Source of the DNA: Lama guanicoe
Taxonomy: Eukaryota
Direction: 5' to 3'
Assembly: GCA_013239625.1 (NCBI GenBank)
Contig: MU053873.1
Span: 1,502,524 to 1,566,523, forward strand
DNA: 64,000 nucleotides
A model generated the notes under the pieces. The model searched no databases. It saw only the letters and a list, made by a program, of their open reading frames with translations, and was not told where the DNA came from. Every line of letters begins with the position of its first letter. Position 1 is the stretch's first letter. A program made the translations under genes and the position numbers. Below, in pieces: positions 54,500-64,000 of the stretch.

Positions 54500-55295
54500 T
54501 TAATTCTTCTAATCCATGAGCATGGGATATCTTTCCATTTCTTTAAGTCATCTTAATTTCATTATAAATGTTTTATAGTTCTCAGCGTGTAAGTCTTTCA
54601 CCTCCTTGGTCAGCTTTAGTCTTTCACCCCCTTAATCAGGTTTATTCCTAAGTGTTTTATTTTTTTCTGATGTGGTTTTAAAAAGGACTTTTTTTTTTTT
54701 ACTTCCCTTTTCTGATATTTCATTGTTAATGTAAAGAAATGTAATAGTTTCTGTATGTTAATGTAACCTGTTACCTTGCTGAATTTATCAACTCTAGTAG
54801 TTTTTGTGTGGAGTCTTTAGGGTTTTTTATATATAGTATCATGTCATCTGCATATAGTGACAATTTTACCTCTTCCCTTTTCTTGTCTGATTGCTGTGGC
54901 CAGGACTTCCAATGCTATGTTGAATAGAAGTGGTGAGAGCGGGCATCCTTGTCTTGCTCCAGATTTTGGCGAGAAGGCTTTCAACTTTTCACCATTGAGT
55001 ATTAAGCTGGCTGTGAGTTTGTTATGTTGAAATATGTTCCTTCTATACCCATTTTGATTAGAGTTTTTATCATGAATGGGTGTTGGATTTTATCAAATGC
55101 TTTTTCTGCATCTATTGAGATGATCACGTGGTTTTTGTCCTTTGCTTCATTGATGGGGTGTATCACCTTGATTTGCGTATGTTGAACCATCCTTGTGACG
55201 TTAGGATGAGTCTGACTTGATCGTAGTGTATGATCTTATTTTTGTGTTGTTGGACTTGGTTTGCTACTATTTTGTTGAGAATTTTTGCATCTATA
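54500..55295 (-). mobile_element. Decayed internal L1 ORF2 (RT region) fragment with no 3'UTR or tail, inserted in a MIR
   Basis: Motifs [17 protein letters not shown] and [28 protein letters not shown] with frameshifts. Flanked by GAGTGAGCTAGTTTAA (54488-54503) and GAGTGGGCTAGATTAA (55296-55311). Confidence 0.88.
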
Positions 55296-56226
55296 GAGTG
55301 GGCTAGATTAAACACTTCAAATAGTTTTTCCTTTTCTAATATTGTATGACTAAACATCATAATATTGTGTATCAAAAAAGCCTTGGAGGAGCAGCACTTG
55401 TAATACATATTAGCCCCTTCCTTAGAGATAATATAAAAGATCACAACTCAAGTTGGAGATAATCATTGGCTGATTGTCTATCAGTGAGTATATTTTAAGA
55501 GCTTATTACATGTAAGTTCACAACCCCACTGGAACAATTTAGGATTGTACTTCTAATTTAGAAGTAAATTATGTTTTTGGTATTTTATTAGCATTTTTCT
55601 TAGAGTTCAAGAATTTTATTCACTCCTTTGTTTCATTATGTATGGATAAACACTTCAAAGGATCTCAGCCTCTCTCTAATTCTGTATAGACTTCAAGTTA
55701 GAAGAAAGGCTATCATAATAGAAAATGGAGTTTGGAATCCCATTGAATTCCCCTTTCCCTAACAATTTTAGCAAATTCTTCCATTGTCATTTAGCCAGTG
55801 ATGTGTTAGGTTGTAGAATGCACATGAGTCATGGCTCCTTGTGTTCTTGTAGCAAATACCACACATGGCTTTGAGTGGTGTGTTGTATTGCTGGTGAATT
55901 TTTTTTTTTACATTTTTTATTGATTTATAATCATTTTACAATGTTGTGTCAAATTCCAGTGTTCAGCACAATTTTTCAGTCATTCATGGACATATACACA
56001 CTCATTGTCACATTTTTTTCTCTGTAAGTTATCATAACATTTTGTGTATATTTCCCTGTGCTATACAGTATAATCTTGTTTATCTATTCTACAATTTGAA
56101 ATCCCAGTCTATCCCTTCCCACTCTCCACCCCCCTGGCAACCACAAGTCTGTATACTCTGTCTATGAGTCTATTTCTGTCCTATATTTACGCTTTGTTTT
56201 TGTTTGTTTGTTTTTGTTTTTGTTTT

Positions 56227-58674
56227 TTAGATTCCACATATGAGCGATCTCATATGGTATTTTTTTTCCTCTTTCTGGCTTACTTCACTTAGAATGACAT
56301 TCTCCAGGAGCATCCATGTTGCTGCAAATGGCATTATGTTGTCGGTTTTTATGGCTGAGTAGTATTCCATTGTATAAATATACCACCTCTTCTTTATCCA
56401 GTCACCTGTTGATGGACATTTAGGCTGTTTCCATGTTTTGGCTATTGTAAATAGTGCTGCTATGAACATTGGGGTGCAGGTGTCATCCTGAAGTAGATTT
56501 CCTTCTGGGTACAAGCCCAGGAGTGGGATTCCTGGGTCATATGGTAAGTCTATTCCTAGTCTTTTGAGGAATCTCCACACTGTTTTCCATAGTGGCTGCA
56601 CCAAACTGCATTCCCACCAGCAGTGTAGGAGGGTTCCCCTTTCTCCACAGCCTCTCCAGCATTTGTCATTTTTGGATTTTTGAATGACGGCCATTCTGAC
56701 TGGTGTGAGGTGATACCTCATTGTAGTTTTGATTTGCATTTCTCTGATAATTAGTGATATTGAGCATTTTTTCATGTGCTTTTTGATCATTTGTATGTCT
56801 TCCTTGGAGAATTGCTTGTTTAGGTCTTCTGCCCATTTTTGGATTGGGTTGTTTATTTTTTTCTTATTGAGTCGTATGAGCTGCTTATATATTTTGGAGA
56901 TCAAGCCTTTGTCGGTTTCACTTGCAAAAATTTTCTCCCATTCCGTAGGTTTTCTTCTTGTTTTATTTCTGGTTTCCTTTGCTCTGCAGAAGCTTGTAAG
57001 TTTCATTAGGTCCCATTTGTTTATTCTTGCTTTTATTTCTTCTAGGAGAAAATTTTTGAAATGTATGTCAGATAATGTTTTGCCTATGTTTTCCTCTAGG
57101 AGGTTTATTGTATCTTGTCTTATGTTTAAGTCTTTAATCCATTTTGAGTTGATTTTTGTATATGGTGTAAGGGTGTGTTCTAGCTTCATTGTTTTACATG
57201 CTGCTGTCCAGTTTTCCCAACACCATTTGCTGAAGAGACTGTCTTTATTCCATTGTATATTCTTGCCTCCTTTGTCGAAGATGAGTTGACCAAAAGTTTG
57301 TGGGTTCATTTCTGGGCTCTCTATTCTGTTCCATTGGTCTATATGTCTGTTTTGGTACCAATACCATGCTGTCTTGATGACTGTAGCTCTATAGTATTGT
57401 CTGAAGTCTGGGAGAGTTATTCCTCCAGCCTCTTTCTTTCTCTTCAGTAATGCTTTAGCAATTCTAGGTCTTTGATGGTTCCATATAAATTTTATTATGA
57501 TTTGTTCTAGTTCTGTGAAATATGTCCTGGGTAATTGGATAGGGATTGCATTAAATCTGTAGATTGCCTTGGGCAGTGTGACCATTTTAACAATATTGAT
57601 TCTTCCAATCCAAGAGCATGGAATATCTTTCCATTTTTTAAAGTCTTCTTTAATTTCCTTCATCAATGGTTTATAGTTTTCTGTGTATAATTCTTTCACC
57701 TCCTTGGTTAGATTTATTCCCAGATATTTTATTACTTTGGGTGCTATTTTAAAGGGGATTGTTTCTTTACTTTCTTTTTCTGTTGATTTATCGTTAGTGT
57801 AAAGAAATGCAACTGATTTTTGAACATTAATTTTGTAACCTGCTACCTTGCTGAATTCTTCAATCAGCTCTAGTAGCTTTTGTGTGGACCTTTTAGGGTT
57901 TTCTATATATAGTAACATGTCGTCAGCATATAATGACACTTTTACCTCTTCTTTTCCAATTTGGATCCCTTTTATTTCTTTCTCTTGCCTGATTGCTGTG
58001 GCTAGGACTTCCAGGACTATATTGAATAGGAGTGGTGATAGTGGGCATCCTTGTCTTGTCCCAGATTTTAGTGGGAAGCTTTTGAGTTTTTCACCGTTGA
58101 GAACTATGCTGGCTATAGGTTTGTCATATATAGCTTTTATTATGTTGAGATATGTTCCCTCTATACCCACTTTGGCGAGAGTTTTTATCATAAATGGGTG
58201 TTGAATTTTATCAAATGCTTTTTCTGCATCGATTGAGATGATCATGTGGTTTTTGTCCTTTCTCTTGTTGATGTGATGTATTACATTGATTGATTTGCGT
58301 ATGTTGAACCAGCCTTGTGTCCCTGGGATGAACCCCACTTGGTCATGATGTATAATCTTTTTTATGTGTTGTTGGATTCTATTTGCTAAAATTTTGGTGA
58401 GGATTTTGGCGTCTATGTTCATCAGTGATATTGGCCTATAATTCTCTTTTTTTGTAGTGTCTTTGCCTGGTTTTGGTATCAGGGTGATGGTGGCTTCATA
58501 GAATGAGTTTGGGAGTATTCCCTCCTTTTCAATCATCTGGAAGAGTTTGAGAAGGACTGGTATGAGTTCTTTGTATGTTTGGTAGAATTCCCTGGTGAAG
58601 CCATCTGGTCCTGGACTTTTATTTGTAGGGAGGTTTTTAATTATTGCTATTTCTATTTCCTTTCTAGTGATCGA
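56227..58674 (-). pseudogene. L1 ORF2p C-terminal two-thirds (Z domain, reverse transcriptase, Cys-rich domain), open frame without its native start
   Basis: [40 protein letters not shown] and [18 protein letters not shown]. About 815 codons with no stop. Confidence 0.95.
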
Positions 58675-58849
58675 ATAGTAATGGGCTAATAGATTTATGA
58701 AAAAGGGTAACCACAAGCCAAAAACTTACAAGGGAGTCACAAAAATTAAATAAAATCCATGATAATACGAAGGAAAATTACCAAACCACAGAAGGAAGAA
58801 GAAAGGAACAAAGAGGATATACCAATTCAACTGCAAAGATAAGTTCAAA

Positions 58850-60091
58850 ATGGCAATAAACACACATCTATTATTAATTACCGTAAATGTTAACGGACTA
58901 AATGCTCCAGTTGAAAGACATAGAGTGGCAGACTGGATAATAAAGCAAGAACCTTCAATATACTGTATACAAGAGACCCACTTTAAGGAGAAGGACACAT
59001 ATAGATTGAGAGTGAAAGGATGGAAAAGGATATTCCATGCAAATGGAAAAGCCAAAAAAGCAGGTGTTGCAGTACTGATTTCAGACAAAATAGACTTTAA
59101 AACAAAGGCCATAAAGAAAGATAAAGAAGGACATTTTATAATGATTAAAGGAGTGATACAAGATGAGGATATTACACTTGTTAATATATATGCACCCAAT
59201 ATAGGAGCACCCAAGTACATAGAAGAATTACTAACAGTGATAAAGGGGGATATTGATGGGAATACAGTCATAGTTGGAGATTTTAACACTGCATTAACAT
59301 CACTAGACAGATCTTCCAGACAGAAAATAAACAAGGCAACAGAGAACTTAAATAATACAATAGAAAAACTAGATTTGGTGGATATTTTCAGAGCATTACA
59401 CCCCCCAAAAATAGGATATACATTCTCTTCAAGTGCACATGGAACATTTTCCAGGATCGATCATGTACTTGGACACAAAAGAAACCTCAACAAATTTAAG
59501 AAGATAGAAATTATCTCAAGCATCTTTACTGACCACAATGCCATGAAACTGGAAATCAACAACAGAGAAACAAAGGAGAAAAAAAGAAAAGCATGGAGAT
59601 TAAACAATATGTTATTGAAAAAACAATGGATCAATGAGGAAATCAAAGCTGAAATTAAAAAATACCTTGAGACAAATGATAATGAAAGCACAACCACTCA
59701 AAACCTATGGGACACAGCAAAGGCAGTGCTAAGAGGGAAGTTTATAGCGATACAGGCCTTCCTCAAAAAAGAAGAACAATCTCAAATAAACAAGTTAACC
59801 CACCACCTGAATCAATTAGAAAAAGAAGAACAAAAAGCCCCAAAAAGCAGCAGAAGGAAGGAAATAATAAAGATCAGAGAGGAATTAAATACAATAGAGA
59901 TTAACAAGACCATAGAAAAAATCAACCAAACCAAAAGCTGGTTTTTTGAAAAAGTAAATAAAATCGACAAACCTCTGGCCAAACTCACAAAGAAGAAAGA
60001 AGAGAGAGCACAAATTAGCAAAATAAGAAAGGAAAATGGAGAAATTACAACAAATAAAATAGAAATACAGAATATCATACAAGAATATTAT
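58850..60091 (+). pseudogene. L1 ORF2p N-terminal part (APE-type endonuclease and linker), inverted, 414 codons open from the native ATG
   Basis: [31 protein letters not shown] and TDHNAM motifs. Ends at IQEYY at the TSD and reads through to a stop at 60098-60100. Confidence 0.95.
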
Positions 60092-60794
60092 TGCTGGTGA
60101 ATTTTTAATGTCTAAACAGTACTTGGAATACATAGTTCAAGTAGTGAATCAACCCCTGGATTGTTTTTATTGTCATTTTATTTTTCACCTTTTTACTACT
60201 TTTGTAATGGACAAATATTCATATGTTAGGTAATGTGGCAATATTTTAGAAGAGTATATAAATAGTGCATTAATAAAATGTGTGCATTTTGTGAGGTATG
60301 GAGAAATCTTATAAAGAAGGAAAATTAAATTAATTGAAATATGAGTATAATTATGTGATGTATACATTAGTAATTTGAAAGTGGTAAAGTATGAGAAAAA
60401 TTACTCAAAATTCAAATATAAATTGATGGGGAGCACTTTTGATATTCTTTTTCCAATGTACTTGATTTTTTCTGAAATTATCACTGAAAAAAATCCAAAA
60501 TTTTAATGCTCAAAAAAGATTGCATTATAATAAATATAAAATGGCAAAGGAAATACATATTCAAAATTAAAACATAATTAACAACAAAACTACATAAACA
60601 ATGAAATGTCATCAAAGGAATACTAAATAAAAGAAAAAAGTCATAAACTTATAAGAGACATTAGTCAAATTATTTCATCTGTTCTTACTACTTTTCTGTC
60701 TTGAGACACATACAGGAATCAGTCCTAGCTCTACCACTCAACCAATTGTTTAATCGCATTTAGCCTCAGTTTCTTCATTTATAAAATGAAGATT

Positions 60795-61370
60795 GTACTT
60801 GGGGTCTTTTGGTTTCAAGAAACAGAAATTTGTGAAAAGCACATTAAGTGAAAGGGGAATTTATTGTAAGGATACACAAACCAGCTTTCTCTGTGTGATG
60901 GGTCAGTTAATGTCTCTCTCTCTCTCTCTCTCTCTCTGTCTTTACTGCTCCCTGAGAGTCTGTCATCATTTGGCCCTGCCATGAGCACCTATGTCTCCGA
61001 GGCTGCCTTAGGAGGCCTCTCTTTTTATTAATTCTTTCAGTTTTAGTTTCACTTTTAACTGCGTAGTTCTTTTAATATTTGTTAGTTGAATTTCCTGAAA
61101 GTGGGTTAATTTGATTGGTTGGCACTCTTTTTTTCATTCCAGACCACAGAACAGGTCATTGGTCATCCAACTGATTGGCTGTTTTCCAATCAGATGCCCA
61201 CATCTGATTCAATCAGCTATGATTGGGTGGTTGAAATACTGGTACTCAACGTGGCCAGCTGTCACTCTCAGCAGGGCCTGGGATAAAGAAGCAGTTCCCC
61301 TTAAAAAGGACTTATGGACTGGCATCCCTGTCTCATATAAGAAAACCAATACCTGACTTACATGGTTATA
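60795..61370. mobile_element. Old MLT1-type LTR with a (TC)n tract at 60913-60936
   Basis: ggggtcttttggtttcaagaaacagaaa...ttaagtgaaaggggaatttattgtaaggatac and repeated tgattgg motifs. Confidence 0.5.
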
Positions 61371-62134
61371 GGTTAATACTTTAAAAAATTACCTATGGCT
61401 CCAAATTCTCTGTTGGATACTTCCTCAGACATTATGAACTACTGTGGCTCCTATGTGCATAAGTCCAGAATAAATATTTAAGCCTTGTATTCAGTCAGAA
61501 AGAAAACTTCCCTTAAGTTTTCAAAGCATTAACTGATACTTTAAATTTCACATAAATAAAACATTTTGCATTGTTTCTTTGTTGTTATCAAAGCTGGAAC
61601 TAATGTATGGTTAGAAGGGTAAATGACCTGATGGTTGACTTCTTTGATTCCTTGGAACAACAAATATCTTCCTCCAGACATTTATTTTCATGGACTTCAC
61701 TAACAGCCAGACCTGGTCCGTTAGGGCTGAGTTCCTGATGGCTCTTGCACAGCCTCTCCTCATCAGCCATGTGTAAACTGCTAACATTCCACGACTCCCT
61801 ATAGGACTTGTAAACCAAGCAGAACCCAGAGCTGTTCCCAGCTGTGGTCTGCAGACACCAGCTCCTCTTGTATTGGGTTTATCTTGTGATGCGAGGGGGA
61901 CTTAGAAGAGTTAGATAGAAGCTGTGTATTTTGACCTCTGCAGGGATTTGGAATAAAAATTTAAAAATAGGGCTCTGGGCTCATTCTCCCATCTCATGTT
62001 CAAAATCCAGACTCATATATTATGATCTTCTCTTTGAGTTTCCTTAGCTGCTGTATTAAAGGACTTGTCATATTGTATGGACATTTGTTTTAATTTTTTT
62101 CTTTTTCTTTTTTTTCAAATCCTCGATGGCTTTT

Positions 62135-62252
62135 AATTTTATTTATTATTATTATTTTATTTATTATTATTTTTAATGGAAGTACCAGGGAATGAACCCA
62201 GGACCTCATGCATTCTAAGCATGCACTCTACCACTGAATGATACCCTACCCC
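62135..62252 (-). mobile_element. Short tRNA-derived SINE, vic-1-like (camelid)
   Basis: The minus strand reads GGGGTAGGGTATCATTCAGTGGTAGAGTGCATGCTTAGAATGCATGAGGTCCTGGGTTCATTCCCTGGTACTTCC followed by an (AAT)-rich tail. It has a degenerate A box and B box GGTTCATTCCC, and degenerate TGGCT-TTT flanking repeats. Confidence 0.85.
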
Positions 62253-64000
62253 TGGCTATTTGATTTACACATCTATCTCTTCCTATAGACTGTTGGCTCC
62301 CCAAGTGCAGAGACCATGTTTCATTCATGTGCTCATTCTCCTCCCCATCCCTCCCTCTCCTGCCTCTGTCTCTAGTACAGTACCATTTGTGCTACGTTCT
62401 GTAGTCAGCTTTTGTGGCATGAACAGGTTGTTGAAAGAAAAGCTAGAGATACTAGCTTTAGAACATACCTAAATCAATGCAAACAGAAGTATCACCAGTG
62501 TTATATACTAGTATTTATTATAACTCACACCCATAAAATGCTGGATACATATTTCACCAGTACAGGCTTGCCATGTAGGCATACACGTCTCTCTTACTGA
62601 AACATTTTTGCCTAAAACTCACACAAAGAACTGAGTAATGCGGTTAGACTTCCCATGAGGTCACTCCTCTTGGCCGAGGAGGAGCAGAATCCTGGGATTG
62701 GAATGAATGAGAGCTCCATAGTTTATAATTATGGGAAACTTTTCCTGCCCATAAAGAAACATTTTTGGTTCAACTCACACTTGACTTAACGTTCAGACCT
62801 TTCCCAGCTGGCACACTATACGGTATATACTTCCAAGGGAAAATATCCCATTTTTGCTGAACCCCTCCTAGCCTCTCTCTGTATCCCCAAACATTAGTGT
62901 AATACAAGAAAAGCCCCTGGATGAATCTGTCATGGCAGGTGAAGGAAATGCTGTGGAGGAATCTCCTTTGAAGAATCTCCTGTGGTGTCTAGCTATCATT
63001 TGAGAATAAGAGGGGGTTCTTTTCTGGGCAATGGAAAGACAAAGAACTTCCCCCGGGTGTGAAGGTGCAGTCTTATGTTGCAGTCACCTGTGAATGGATT
63101 GTAATAAGTCTTGTCTGGATCTCTTGAGTTGGATTTAATAACCTGCTGAACGCTCCAGCAGGATCAATAAGCCTTTTACAGCCAGCAGAGCTCTGTGTAC
63201 TGCTGCCTATCCATGAGAAATTTTGTCTCAGCTTAGCTGGAAGGGGCCTTTCCATGGCTACAGATATTTGCTTTCACTCTTTGACTCGTGTGCATCATAC
63301 TGCCACTTGGGCTGAGGTGACTGTTGCAAGTAGAAAAAGAGCCTGCATTTTTCTTTGTCAGGTTCTTGCACCTTTCACAGTAGAAGTGATGCCAGTCAGA
63401 ATCTGCTGTTGCAGGCTACTGTCACAATGGCTTTTTCCATTCTTTCCTTTCCAGCTGGCGTCTGTCAGCTGGTGACCAGGCTGGAAAGCAGGTTTCCACT
63501 ATTTGAATATTCCGTCTGGAGCCCAGACACATTGTATGTGTGCATCCTTTTTATTACCACATCATGAGGCAGTCATTAGGAACAGAATTTTTTTCCTTCT
63601 TTAGATTTTTTTGTTTAATTTAAGCATCATAAAATATTTTAGAACTTAATTTTCAAAATCCTCTCACTGAGAAGAGAAAACGCTGTCCTTTATATTTGGT
63701 AGAAGAGGACATTTTTGAGAAGTTATGCTGTGTCCACCCAGAGAACTCAGAATGAGACTTCAGAGTTCTTGCTATTCAACCTGGATGATCAATCTTAACT
63801 CCTGATTCATGTGGTTGTCGAACTGAAGGAATTGGTGGGGAATAAGATTTTATGACTGGCAGCCCTTAGGAACCTGCTAACTTCCTCCGCCCCTACTAAC
63901 CTAGAACATTGTTTTGAAGACTGCTTGACTTTAATTATACAATCACAAATGGTTAGGAGAAAAGGAAAATAGTGAAATTAATTGAATCTGGAGTATCAAA

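Larger units (their letters stand above)
55904..60091 (-). mobile_element. Young 5'-truncated, 5'-inverted LINE-1 (about 4.2 kb)
   Basis: Poly-T, 3'UTR and the ORF2 3' part lie on the minus strand up to about 58674. Spacer and the ORF2 5' part lie on the plus strand from about 58675 to 60091. Perfect 18-bp TSD TATTGCTGGTGAATTTTT at 55886-55903 and 60089-60106, with a TT/AAAA endonuclease site. Confidence 0.96.

Noticed and set aside
54592..54643. 26-bp tandem duplication inside the L1 fragment
   Set aside because: Real but diverged, an ordinary local duplication. Similar small duplications lie near 16397, 22674, 38219 and 41583.
56227..58716. 829-aa ORF as a complete RT protein starting [14 protein letters not shown]
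   Set aside because: The first 14 or so residues come from the antisense of the inverted arm across the junction, with a non-ATG start. This is a by-product of the inversion.
56729..60133. Hydrophobic ORFs antisense to ORF2 (186, 118, 202, 78, 88 and 82 aa)
   Set aside because: These are the usual shadow frames on the T-rich antisense strand of L1.
62175..62252. Possible tRNA gene
   Set aside because: The A box is degenerate, there is no intact acceptor stem, and it has an A-rich tail with flanking repeats, so it is a SINE.
15648..64000. Further TTC28 exons, RNA genes, CRISPR arrays or prokaryote-like systems
   Set aside because: I found no further TPR-coding segment with splice sites, no regularly spaced repeat array and no recognisable ncRNA. 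Small or non-coding exons cannot be excluded by eye.

Overview
Mammalian genomic DNA, most likely camelid (a vic-1-type tRNA-derived SINE is present and I recognised no ruminant, pig or primate SINEs). The window lies inside TTC28 on the + strand. It has three internal coding exons of 148, 273 and 131 nt with AG/GT boundaries and compatible phases (184 codons of TPR-repeat protein), followed by an intron of more than 48 kb that runs off the end of the window. The introns carry the usual ancient repeats (MIR, L2, MLT, MER/Tigger, old L1M). The most informative stretch is a LINE-1 cluster at about 50.5-60.1 kb with four separately resolvable insertions, each with a candidate target-site duplication (TSD). 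These are: an old 5'-truncated L1; nested inside it, an L1 that keeps its full 5'UTR and an open ORF1 but has lost almost all of ORF2 (HAL1-like architecture); a tailless internal ORF2 fragment inserted in a MIR; and a young 5'-inverted (twin-primed) L1 whose two ORF2 halves are both still open. I found no convincing new gene system. The best lead is the ORF1-only L1, if its junction turns out to define a family. Repeat family names come from recalled consensus motifs, not from a database search, and the boundaries of old repeats are approximate.
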